Shown: positions 41,229 to 50,323 of the stretch, in pieces | Layout of the letters: each line of letters begins with the position of its first letter | Position numbering within the stretch: position 1 is the stretch's first letter | NCBI GenBank assembly: GCA_949285665.1 | Contig: CASDYC010000001.1 | Location: 325,376 to 389,375, forward strand | Direction of reading: 5' to 3' | Source of the DNA: an uncultured bacterium | GTDB taxonomy: Bacteria > Bacillota_I > Bacilli_A > RFN20 > CAG-826 | DNA: 64,000 nucleotides | Made by a program: the position numbers and the translations under genes | Notes under the pieces: model-generated | What the model was told of the DNA's origin: nothing | The model's database searches: none | The model's input: only the letters and a program-made list of their open reading frames with translations

Positions 41229-42314
41229 TTAGAATCCAAGATCGTAGAATTCATCAACGTTATCTTTATCAACTACATCAACTGGAACAACGTGATCATG
41301 ATTAGCAATCTTTGTACCATCTTTTAAATATGTAAGCATATCATCAATACCAGTTTTGATCATTGATGGTGGATATGTAACATCAAAGAAGTCAACATCT
41401 GCAACGTATCTATCAAATTCAGCTTGTCTTTCGTGTTGTCCTTTAATGACATCATACATTTCTTGTAAACCACTGGATGATGCAATAACTTCAACAGCTG
41501 TACCAAATGCTGTTTTTTCTTCTTCTGTTAAACCTGAATCTGGATTAACTAAAGCCTCAAGAATACCCATTGAACATTCTGAGTCATGTGTAAAGACACA
41601 TCTATAACCTGCTAATGTATTATCTTCAGCATAAGCAGCTTTTAACCAAGAAATGAAGTTTTGAGAAGCAGTTGCTCTTGACCAACCAGTACTTGGAGTT
41701 TGATCCCAAGCTGCTGTAATTTGTTCTTGTGTCCATCCAGCTTCTTTTAATGCTGTTTGGAAACCATCGTTTCTAGCAAGTGGAACTGATGAGTTATCAC
41801 CAGGAATAACTAAAATCTTATCTTGTCCTGCTGTTAAATCATAATGATCAATGAAATATTCAGCTGTTAATTCACCAATCATTTCGTTATTTCCACGAAC
41901 ATCACCAACCCAGTAGTCACTTTCTTTAATAATTGTGCTATCTGTAATGACTCTATCAACGACGACGAATGGAATATTAGCGTTTGCTAATGCTTCAACA
42001 CCTGGTTTAGCACTTGCGTCCCAAGGAAGTGTAACAACACCAGCAACAGTGTCTTTTCTTGCGACTAAGTCTTCCATTTGTTGATTCATTTCTTCTGAAT
42101 TACCAGAAGTTTGGACGACGAAGTTATATTCATAATCGCCACTTTCTTTTAATTCATTAGCATAGTCTCTAGCGTTACTTAAAATAGCACCAGTCCAACC
42201 ATGGTCAGCACTTGGAACTAAGATAACTAAATCTTTTTCGCCGCCACCACATGAAGCTAATCCGACAACCATTGCAGCAACTGCTAATGTGCCAAATAAT
42301 TTTGTTTTTTTCAT
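41229..42314 (-). CDS. Sugar ABC transporter substrate-binding lipoprotein (type-I periplasmic binding fold, XylF/RbsB-like)
   Basis: Lipobox LASCGG. Composition rich in A/G/D/T, unlike neighbouring proteins. Sits before the ATPase and permease genes. Confidence 0.75.
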   Translation of the reverse strand: MKKTKLFGTLAVAAMVVGLASCGGGEKDLVILVPSADHGWTGAILSNARDYANELKESGDYEYNFVVQTSGNSEEMNQQMEDLVARKDTVAGVVTLPWDASAKPGVEALANANIPFVVVDRVITDSTIIKESDYWVGDVRGNNEMIGELTAEYFIDHYDLTAGQDKILVIPGDNSSVPLARNDGFQTALKEAGWTQEQITAAWDQTPSTGWSRATASQNFISWLKAAYAEDNTLAGYRCVFTHDSECSMGILEALVNPDSGLTEEEKTAFGTAVEVIASSSGLQEMYDVIKGQHERQAEFDRYVADVDFFDVTYPPSMIKTGIDDMLTYLKDGTKIANHDHVVPVDVVDKDNVDEFYDLGF

Positions 42315-42389
42315 AGAAATACTTTCCTCCTATTATTTTTTTATTTCTATATTAATGGTTTTCTTTAAGAATAACCAATAAAACCTTAA

Positions 42390-43538
42390 TTAATATTCAA
42401 CCCAAGTTCCCTTTTTAGCACTTTCAACCGCTTTATGGATAAATTTAACTCCATCAACACCATTTGAAACGTTTTGGAAATCTAGGTCTGCTTTTGTTAA
42501 TGTTTCACCATTTTTCTTCTTTAAAATTGTTGTGATAACATTACGATATATATTTGCAAAGGCAATTGTTAAACCTTCTGGATGTCCAACTGGAAGTCTT
42601 GATAAATTACCAGCATCATATTGTTTACTAACAGCTGAACCTCTAATCATAATTTGAGTTGCTCCATCAACTGGAGTGTAATGTAAGTAATCAGGATATT
42701 CTTGATTCCATTCAATTGCACCTTTGTCACCAAATACTCTAATAACTAAACCATTATAATGACCTAATGCAACTTGTGAACACCAAAGAGCTGCTCTAAC
42801 TCCACTATCATATTCAATGATCATATTTGAATTAAGATCAAGAGCCATGCCATAAGTATCAGTTGTTGCGATTAATCTTTTAATTTCAAATCCAGTTAAA
42901 TAGTGAACTAAATTTTCAGCATGTGTTCCAATATCGCCGATACAATTTGAAATTCCAGAATATTTTGGATCGCTTCTCCATACACTTAATGTTGTTGCTT
43001 TTTGATTCTTTGGATCAAGAGAAGAAACTAACCAGTCTTGAACATATTCAACATTGATTGAAACAATTTTTCCAATTTTTCCTTTTTCAATCATTTCTTT
43101 TGCAACTTTAACCATTGTATAACCAGTATATGTATAAGTAATTGCAAATACTAAGTTTCTTTCTTTAGCTATTTTTTCTAATTCAACAGCTTCTTCTTGT
43201 GTAAAACACAATGGTTTTTCACAAACAACATTAATATCATGAAGTAAAAATTCTTTAGCGATTTGATAATGTAAGAAATTTGGAGTACAAATTGATACAA
43301 AATCAATTTTATCTTCTCTTTGAGATTCTTTTTCAGCCATCTCTTTGTAATCTTTGTATGTTCTTGAAGGATCAACATTATAAGCTTCAGCTGTTTCTTT
43401 ACCTAGTTTTTCATCTGCTGAGAAACATCCAGCAACTAATTTTGCTCTTGTATCAAAATTAATAGCTTTTCTGTGAACTTCACCGATGAAAGCTTTTAAG
43501 TCTCCACCAACCATTCCATATCTTAATTGTTTAACCAT
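42390..43538 (-). CDS. Gfo/Idh/MocA-family NAD(P)-dependent oxidoreductase
   Basis: Rossmann fold near the N-terminus, a CEKP motif, and a C-terminal alpha/beta domain with a YVQDW/GDIGTH-type pattern. 382 aa. Confidence 0.8.
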   Translation of the reverse strand: MVKQLRYGMVGGDLKAFIGEVHRKAINFDTRAKLVAGCFSADEKLGKETAEAYNVDPSRTYKDYKEMAEKESQREDKIDFVSICTPNFLHYQIAKEFLLHDINVVCEKPLCFTQEEAVELEKIAKERNLVFAITYTYTGYTMVKVAKEMIEKGKIGKIVSINVEYVQDWLVSSLDPKNQKATTLSVWRSDPKYSGISNCIGDIGTHAENLVHYLTGFEIKRLIATTDTYGMALDLNSNMIIEYDSGVRAALWCSQVALGHYNGLVIRVFGDKGAIEWNQEYPDYLHYTPVDGATQIMIRGSAVSKQYDAGNLSRLPVGHPEGLTIAFANIYRNVITTILKKKNGETLTKADLDFQNVSNGVDGVKFIHKAVESAKKGTWVEY

Positions 43539-43577
43539 GTAATTTTCCTCTTTAATAAACTTTATTATTTATATTTA

Positions 43578-44576
43578 TTATTTTGTGTTTGAAATTGCAT
43601 CATCAAATTTTACGTTTGATGGTTCAAAGTCAACTTTTCTAACAAATGCACAAGCTTCAGTAGCACCAGAAATTCTTTCCATACCACTATCTTCCCATTC
43701 AACGGAGAGATTTCCATAATAATTATGTGCATTTAATACTCTAATAATTTCTTCAAAGTTTACATCACCATGACCAAGTGATCTAAAGTTCCAACCTCTT
43801 CTTAAATCACCAAAATCAATGTGTGAACCTAATAAACCAGTTCTTCCATCTAATCTGACTGCTGCGTCTTTCATGTGGATGTTATAAACTCTGTCAGCAA
43901 AATCATTTAAATAAACATGAGGGGTAACACCTTGCCATAATAAATGAGATGGATCAAATGTTAAACCAAATTCTGGTCTATCTTTAAATGTTTCAAGAAT
44001 ACGTTTTGCACTGTAATAGTCAAATGCAATTTCACCTGGGTGAACTTCTAATGCAAATTTAACCCCATTTTCTTTAAATACATCTAAAATTGGTAACCAA
44101 TCTTCTCTAACTTTTTTAAAACCTGCTTCAACCATTTCTTCTGGTGTTTGTGGGAAGCTATATAAATATCTCCAAATTGGTGAACCAGTAAATCCAGAAA
44201 TAACTTTAACACCTAATTTTTTAGCAACAACTGCTGCTTTTTTCATTGATTCAACAGCCCATGCGTGAATTTTTTCATGATCATTTGCACAACTTGCTGG
44301 TGCAAAATTATTTAATCTTGGATCATCTAAATCACTAACACATTGTCCAATAATATGTGTTGCAAGAACTGGTACAACTAAATCATATTTTTTTAGTGTA
44401 TCTTTAATAAATTTAATGTAATTTTCATCTTCGTATGCTTTATCTAAATCAAAAGCATTTCCCCAAACTGCTAACTCTAGACCATCATAGCCCATTTGTT
44501 TTGCGGTTTTACAAAGTTCTTCAAATGGTAAATCTGACCATTGACATGTAACTAAAGTAACTAATCTTTTTCCCAT
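43578..44576 (-). CDS. Xylose-isomerase-like TIM-barrel protein (sugar phosphate isomerase/epimerase, AP_endonuc_2 family)
   Basis: Metal-ligand pattern typical of the family (ALEVHPGE, HMKD, E...D). 332 aa. Confidence 0.75.
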   Translation of the reverse strand: MGKRLVTLVTCQWSDLPFEELCKTAKQMGYDGLELAVWGNAFDLDKAYEDENYIKFIKDTLKKYDLVVPVLATHIIGQCVSDLDDPRLNNFAPASCANDHEKIHAWAVESMKKAAVVAKKLGVKVISGFTGSPIWRYLYSFPQTPEEMVEAGFKKVREDWLPILDVFKENGVKFALEVHPGEIAFDYYSAKRILETFKDRPEFGLTFDPSHLLWQGVTPHVYLNDFADRVYNIHMKDAAVRLDGRTGLLGSHIDFGDLRRGWNFRSLGHGDVNFEEIIRVLNAHNYYGNLSVEWEDSGMERISGATEACAFVRKVDFEPSNVKFDDAISNTK

Positions 44577-44600
44577 TTATAAAATCCTCCTTATATTAAA

Positions 44601-45620
44601 TTAGTTATGTTGTGGAATAATACTTTCTTTTAGATAAATATTATTCTCATAAATTTTATCTTTAACATTACTTTCTTTAATTAAGTAATTAAATGCATTT
44701 TCAACTGATTTTAAACCTTGTGAGAATGCGTGTTGAGTTATTGTTGCAATAACTAAACCAGATTTTAATCCATCAACTACTTCTTTTGATTGGTCAACGG
44801 TAATAACATTTAAATCTTTATGTTTAGTCTCTTTTAATGCTTTTAATCCACCATTAATGCCGGCACCTAAATAACAAACAGCATCAACTTTTTTGGTATT
44901 AATTAGTTGTTTTGTAATATCGTAAGAAATTTGATCATTATCAAAATTTTCTTTAATAGTAGTTACTTTAATATTCTTATTTAGTACAGTTCTAAGACCT
45001 CTTAATCTCTCAATTTGACCAGAGTGTTCTAAACTTCCTAAAATAACAGCTATTTCTTTTTCTTCTTTTCTAAATAATACGTTGTAAATGTTTGCAGCTA
45101 GTGCACCGCAATTAAAATAATCACATCCAATAAAGCAAACTTTATTATTAACATCCAAATCAATATTAACAGCAATTTTTGGACATTGAAGTTCATTAAT
45201 TTTTTCACAAACTTTTGGATTATTTGGAGCCGTAACAATTAAAAAATCTAAATTTTCAGATTTTAATTCATCAACAGCTTTATATATTGTTTCAAAATTT
45301 AATAACTCAACTTCTTTAATAATAAATGTTAAACCATAGTCTTCATATTTTAAGATTCCATTTTTAATTCCATGTAAGACAAGATTAAAGAAATCATTAT
45401 TAATAGTTCCAATTATCACTCCGATATTAATGTTTCTTTTAGATGCAAGTCTTTTGGCGATAAAAGATTTTTCATAACCAGTGTCATGAATTACTTTTCT
45501 AATTCTTGCTTCGACATCTTTTTTAACTTTTCCTCTGTTGTTAATAACTCTATCAACAGTCCCTCTTGATGTTTGTGCCAATCTTGCAATCTCTTTAATT
45601 GTGACTTTTTGCTTTTCCAT
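44601..45620 (-). CDS. LacI-family transcriptional regulator, probably leaderless
   Basis: N-terminal HTH (VTIKEIARLAQTSRGTVDRVINN) and a C-terminal periplasmic-binding-protein-like sugar-binding domain. The ATG at 45620 lies 6 nt after a TATAAT with no SD. The track start at 45695 is a GTG inside the terminator hairpin. Confidence 0.75.
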   Translation of the reverse strand: MEKQKVTIKEIARLAQTSRGTVDRVINNRGKVKKDVEARIRKVIHDTGYEKSFIAKRLASKRNINIGVIIGTINNDFFNLVLHGIKNGILKYEDYGLTFIIKEVELLNFETIYKAVDELKSENLDFLIVTAPNNPKVCEKINELQCPKIAVNIDLDVNNKVCFIGCDYFNCGALAANIYNVLFRKEEKEIAVILGSLEHSGQIERLRGLRTVLNKNIKVTTIKENFDNDQISYDITKQLINTKKVDAVCYLGAGINGGLKALKETKHKDLNVITVDQSKEVVDGLKSGLVIATITQHAFSQGLKSVENAFNYLIKESNVKDKIYENNIYLKESIIPQHN

Positions 45621-45626
45621 ACAAGT

Positions 45627-45655
45627 ATTATAAATAAAAATGTAAACGCTTACAA
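45627..45655 (-). promoter_or_regulatory. Promoter (TTGTAA, 17 nt, TATAAT) for the LacI gene, overlapped by a cre-like palindrome
   Basis: Hexamers read on the minus strand; the -10 ends 6 nt before the ATG. Confidence 0.5.
45641..45654. promoter_or_regulatory. cre-like / LacI-family operator TGTAAACGCTTACA
   Basis: Matches the CcpA cre consensus TGWAANCGNTNWCA at every position. 13 of 14 positions are palindromic. Confidence 0.6.
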
Positions 45656-45660
45656 GAAAA

Positions 45661-45699
45661 ATGTGTGCGAGAACACAATTTTTTTGTTTTCGCACACAT
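45661..45699 (-). terminator. Rho-independent terminator after tRNA-Arg and polC
   Basis: 16/15-bp inverted repeat (ATGTGTGCGAGAACACAA ... TTGTTTTCGCACACAT) followed on the minus strand by TTTTTCTTG. Confidence 0.7.
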
Positions 45700-45737
45700 T
45701 TAATTACACATATATAAAAAAATTATTAACAATTTAA

Positions 45738-45814
45738 TGGCGCCCTAGATGCGACTCAAACGCACGACCTTTTTCTTAGGAGGAAAACGCTCTATTCAAC
45801 TGAGCTACTAGGGC
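45738..45814 (-). tRNA. tRNA-Arg (anticodon CCU), CCA encoded
   Basis: Manual fold of the reverse complement: acceptor GCCCUAG/CUAGGGC, D-arm GCUC..GAGC, anticodon arm UUUUC-CUCCUAA-GAAAA, T-arm GUGCG-UUUGAGU-CGCAU, discriminator G, CCA. Confidence 0.85.
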
Positions 45815-45823
45815 GTTTAATTT

Positions 45824-48800
45824 TTAAAAGAAATCAAATAGTGACATTTGTTCTCTTTCTTTTTCTGGTAAGTCTTTTAAAACTCCAAGTTCTTTAAAAA
45901 TAGAAATTTGTGTCTGAGTAATTTTACTTCTTTTTGAAAAGTCTTCAATTGAAACAAATTTCTTTTCGTTTCTGGCTTCAATTATTGATTCACTTGCAGC
46001 ATCACCAAGCCCATCAATTACCTTAAATGGTGGAATTAAGGCATTATTTTGTTTATCCATAACAAAATTAACTGCATCCGATTTATATAAATCAATGTTA
46101 GAAAATTTAAATCCTCGATCGTACATTTCAAGAGCTACAATTAGTGTTTTTTCAATTTCTTCATCAACTTTTGTGTATTCTTTTGAGTTTGCTTTTCTCA
46201 TTTCATTTAATTCATTCATTCTTTTAATTATAGCTTCTGGTCCTTTATACATTGCATTCCAATCAAATTTATCACACCTTACTGAAAAGAAACCGGCATA
46301 AAATTCAAGTGGATAATGAACTTTAAAATAAGCAACTCTTACTGCCATTGTAACATATGCAGTAGCGTGTGCTTTTGGGAATAAATATCTTATTTTTTTA
46401 CAAGATTCAATAAAATAATCAGGCACACCATGTGCTCTCATTTCTTTTTCGTCTTCTTCTGATAATGTTTTATCTTTTTTTCTAACTTTTTCCATAATAT
46501 TAAAGGACATTCTTGGATCCATATGATATTTTCCAATTAAAACAGTCATAATATCATCTCTACATCCGATAACTCCTCTAATATCACAAATATTTGAAGA
46601 AATTAAATTTTGAGCATTATTTCTCCAAACATTTTCACCATGAGATAAACCAGAAATAATTAATAAGCTTGCAAAATCTTTTGGCTTTGTTTCATCTAAC
46701 ATTCCTCTTACAAATTCAGTTCCAAATTCTGGAATTCCAAGAGCACCATTTTTAAGTTGTAAATAATTATGTTGTAATTTCAGTGCATCAGGAGATGAGA
46801 AAATTGATAAAGCAAGTTTATCGTTTAATGGTATATCTTCTAATTTTACCCCACTTATATCTCTTAAAAATTTCAAAGCTTGAGGATCAACATGTCCTAA
46901 TAAATCAAGTTTTAAAACATTATCGTGAATTGCTTCATATTCAAAATGAGTTGTTTTCCAAGTCGCAGTTATATCATCGGCTGGAAATTGAATTGGAGTA
47001 AAATCATAGACATCAAATTCTTTTGGAATAACTGCAATTCCTCCCGGATGTTGTCCAGTTGTCTTTTTAACATCTTTACACCCAACGCTTAAAAAGTCTA
47101 ATTTTTCTTGTCCAACAATATCAACTACCGAATTTTTATCTAATTTATAGCGTTTTTCAAAATAACCTTTTGCATATCCAAAGGCAGACTTATCAGCAAC
47201 TGTTGAAATGGTTCCGGCTCTAAAAACATTTTGTTCACCCAATAAAACTTTTGTATATTCATGAGCTCTACTTTGATAATCTGGTGGGAAATTTAAATCA
47301 ATATCTGGAACTTTATCAGCATTAAATCCTAAAAACGTTTCAAATGGAATATTTTGTCCATCTCCAACCATAACATGTCCACATTTTGGACATTTTTTAG
47401 TTGGTAAATCATATCCCGAAAAATATTCACTTCCTTCATATAATTCAAAATGTTTACAATTTGGACATCTATAATGTGGAGGTAGAGGATTAACTTCGGT
47501 GATATTTGCCATTGTTGCGACAAAACTTGATCCAACCGAACCTCTTGAGCCAACTATATAATCATCTTCATGAGTTTTTTTAATAATTTTATGAGCAATA
47601 TAATAAATAACAGCATATCCATTTGAAATAATACCGTTAAGTTCTTTTTCCAAACGTTCTTCATTTAATTTTGGTAATGGATCACCATATAAATTATGGG
47701 CAGTATTATAACAAATTTCTCTTAATAAATTTTCGCAATTTTCAATTGTTGGAGTATATAATTTATCTTTAATTGGATAAATTTCTTCACACATATCAGC
47801 AATTAAATTTGTATTCTTAATAACCCAATTATATGCATTCTCACTACTATATTTTTCAAATTCTTTTAACATTTCATCTGTGCTTCTAAAATATTGGTCT
47901 GGATTATCAAAATAGATATTTTTTTCTTCCATTCTTATTCTCTTGTCAGTATATAATGGATGAGCTGTTTTTCCAACACCTGCACTATAAACATAAACGT
48001 CTCTAAAAATTTTATCTTCTGGGTTTAAATAATGAACATCTCCTGTTGCTACTATTAATTTATTTTGATTATTTGCTTCTTTAATGATGTTATTAAGAAT
48101 TAAATTTAATCTTTCATCATCATCGATAGTGTGAACATTAATTAAAAATTCATAATTTGTATGTGGTTGAATTTCAATAAAATCATAAAATGAAATAGCT
48201 TTTTTTAATTTTTCTTTGCTTAATAACATGGAGCTTTGAAAAACTTCACCATTAAAACAAGCACTTCCTAAAATTAAATTATCTCTATATTTTTCTAATA
48301 AACTTCTTGGAACTGTTGGATATCTTCCCAAATATTTAATGTGAGCATCTGAAACAATTTTATATAAATCTTTTAACCCTTTAGCATTTTTGCATAATAC
48401 ATTAACGTGCATTTCAGATGATAACTTATAATGGGCTTGGCTTTTTTCAAGTTTTTCTAGTTGATTAAAATGTTTATAACCCATTTTGTTTAATTTATCT
48501 AAAAATACACTCCATGCTTTTGATAAAACTTCAGCATCATAATCCGCTCTATGAGCACTTGTTTTTTTGTATTCAATTTTGTATCTATGACAAACATTGC
48601 CTAAACTATGACCGGTATATTCTGGATTTAAAAATCTTGATAAAGCAAGTGTATCAACACCAACATTTTTTAAATCTTCATTTTTACAATCTTGTAAAGC
48701 TTTATTTAAAAAACCAAAGTCAAATTCTAAGTTATGAGAAACTAAAACGCAACCATCAATAAATTTCATAATTTCATCAATAACTTCATTAATTTTTGGC

Positions 48801-50323
48801 TTATCATCAAGCATTTCTTGCGTAATATTAGTAAGTTGGGTCGTAAATTTTGAAATTTTAATTCCAGGATTTATTAAAATATCTTTTCTTTCAATAACTA
48901 ATCCATTTTTAATTTTAACAGCACCAAATTCAATAATTTTATCAAACTGGATTGATAATCCGGTTGTTTCAAGGTCAAATACAACGTATGTTTCATTTTC
49001 TAATAAGTTATTATTAGGGTTAAAACATCCTTTAAAATAATCTTCAACCATATAGACTTCGCAACCATATAAAATTTTAATTCCATATTTCTTAGATGCT
49101 TTTTGTGCAGCTGGAAAAGCTTGAACTACACCATGATCTGTTAAAGCAATGGCTTTATGTCCCATATTTTTGGCAGTTTGACAAAATTCATCTATTGTAT
49201 TAACAGCATCCATTGCAGACATTTTTGTATGAAGATGAAGTTCAACTCTTTTTTCTCCTTCATATTTATCTTCTCTTAACGGATAATTTCCATCGACTAC
49301 TAAAGAGTTAACCCTAATTACAATTGCATTATTATTAAATTTATTTATTCTAGTAAAACCAGTAAATCTTATATGATTTTTATATTTTAATGATTCTAAA
49401 AATTCTTCGCTAAAATTTTTACCAACATTAATTTCAATATATTTTGATTCTTCATTATCGTTAACTAAAATTGTATAAATTTTATTTCCTCTAATTTCTC
49501 TATCTTTAATAGAATATATATAACCAGAAGACATTACAGCCATTTTTTCTTGTTTAATATCTTTTAAACTTAGAGGAATATAATTTCTACTAGTATCTAA
49601 TCCTTCAAATAATTTTTCATGAATTTTTAATTGATTACTAATATATTCTTCGCTTTCTTTTGTAATTTCTTTATCATAATTTTCAAGAATATCATTAGAA
49701 AATTCACTAACTTCTTCTTCACTATCTGTGTACTCTTGACTTAATTCTTCTTCATTTTGGTATTCTTGTTGATAATAATCACTTAAATCTTGTTCATAAA
49801 ATGAATCTTCTTCATTTTCAAAAGAATTGTCATCTAATTCATTGTCATTATTATTAGTTTGATTATTTTCATTTAAAATTAAGTCTTCATCATTTTTTTT
49901 ATTTAAAATAATATTAATTTTTGGATAATTAATAAAATCTAATAAAGAATTAAAATCATTAATTCTATTATTAAATTCTTTAATTTTATCATTTGGAATA
50001 TTTTCAATAACTAAATTATTGTCTAAAAAATTAATGCTAATATTATCTTTAATATCTTCAATAAAATCTTTTAATAAAATTAAAATATCATCATTTGAAA
50101 TTTTATTATTATACGAAAACGATAATTGATATTTATAATTTGTAATATTATTTAATTTATCAATAAAATAGTTTAATAAATCTAAATCCCATTTTGAATT
50201 TTTTTGTATATAAAAACAAAAAGTACCAGTTAAATCTTTACTGGTTTTTACAATATCAAAATCAAAATCTTCAAGATTGTCAATTTGAATTGAATTCAAA
50301 AATCTTTTTGTTACATCTCTCAT
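45824..50323 (-). CDS. polC: DNA polymerase III alpha subunit, PolC type (PHP, OB, 3'-5' exonuclease and polymerase domains)
   Basis: 1499 aa with an exonuclease motif (FDLETTGL) and the PolC zinc-finger region (CPNCKH...CPKCGH). Confidence 0.95.
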   Translation of the reverse strand: MRDVTKRFLNSIQIDNLEDFDFDIVKTSKDLTGTFCFYIQKNSKWDLDLLNYFIDKLNNITNYKYQLSFSYNNKISNDDILILLKDFIEDIKDNISINFLDNNLVIENIPNDKIKEFNNRINDFNSLLDFINYPKINIILNKKNDEDLILNENNQTNNNDNELDDNSFENEEDSFYEQDLSDYYQQEYQNEEELSQEYTDSEEEVSEFSNDILENYDKEITKESEEYISNQLKIHEKLFEGLDTSRNYIPLSLKDIKQEKMAVMSSGYIYSIKDREIRGNKIYTILVNDNEESKYIEINVGKNFSEEFLESLKYKNHIRFTGFTRINKFNNNAIVIRVNSLVVDGNYPLREDKYEGEKRVELHLHTKMSAMDAVNTIDEFCQTAKNMGHKAIALTDHGVVQAFPAAQKASKKYGIKILYGCEVYMVEDYFKGCFNPNNNLLENETYVVFDLETTGLSIQFDKIIEFGAVKIKNGLVIERKDILINPGIKISKFTTQLTNITQEMLDDKPKINEVIDEIMKFIDGCVLVSHNLEFDFGFLNKALQDCKNEDLKNVGVDTLALSRFLNPEYTGHSLGNVCHRYKIEYKKTSAHRADYDAEVLSKAWSVFLDKLNKMGYKHFNQLEKLEKSQAHYKLSSEMHVNVLCKNAKGLKDLYKIVSDAHIKYLGRYPTVPRSLLEKYRDNLILGSACFNGEVFQSSMLLSKEKLKKAISFYDFIEIQPHTNYEFLINVHTIDDDERLNLILNNIIKEANNQNKLIVATGDVHYLNPEDKIFRDVYVYSAGVGKTAHPLYTDKRIRMEEKNIYFDNPDQYFRSTDEMLKEFEKYSSENAYNWVIKNTNLIADMCEEIYPIKDKLYTPTIENCENLLREICYNTAHNLYGDPLPKLNEERLEKELNGIISNGYAVIYYIAHKIIKKTHEDDYIVGSRGSVGSSFVATMANITEVNPLPPHYRCPNCKHFELYEGSEYFSGYDLPTKKCPKCGHVMVGDGQNIPFETFLGFNADKVPDIDLNFPPDYQSRAHEYTKVLLGEQNVFRAGTISTVADKSAFGYAKGYFEKRYKLDKNSVVDIVGQEKLDFLSVGCKDVKKTTGQHPGGIAVIPKEFDVYDFTPIQFPADDITATWKTTHFEYEAIHDNVLKLDLLGHVDPQALKFLRDISGVKLEDIPLNDKLALSIFSSPDALKLQHNYLQLKNGALGIPEFGTEFVRGMLDETKPKDFASLLIISGLSHGENVWRNNAQNLISSNICDIRGVIGCRDDIMTVLIGKYHMDPRMSFNIMEKVRKKDKTLSEEDEKEMRAHGVPDYFIESCKKIRYLFPKAHATAYVTMAVRVAYFKVHYPLEFYAGFFSVRCDKFDWNAMYKGPEAIIKRMNELNEMRKANSKEYTKVDEEIEKTLIVALEMYDRGFKFSNIDLYKSDAVNFVMDKQNNALIPPFKVIDGLGDAASESIIEARNEKKFVSIEDFSKRSKITQTQISIFKELGVLKDLPEKEREQMSLFDFF

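Noticed and set aside
45620-45695. ORF-track N-terminal extensions that use GTG or TTG starts, or RBS-embedded ATG starts. Cases: LacI at 45695, xylB at 36253, the hypothetical at 29363, ATP-grasp at 10991, rpsB at 58704, the lipoprotein at 32713.
   Set aside because: In each case a downstream ATG has a proper Shine-Dalgarno, or a leaderless promoter, plus a conserved protein N-terminus. The coordinates were adjusted accordingly.
45661-45699. The inverted repeat upstream of the LacI gene, considered as the LacI operator.
   Set aside because: A 15–16-bp stem followed by a T-run on the minus strand, directly after tRNA-Arg, is the signature of an intrinsic terminator. The adjacent 14-mer cre-like palindrome at 45641-45654 is the better operator candidate.
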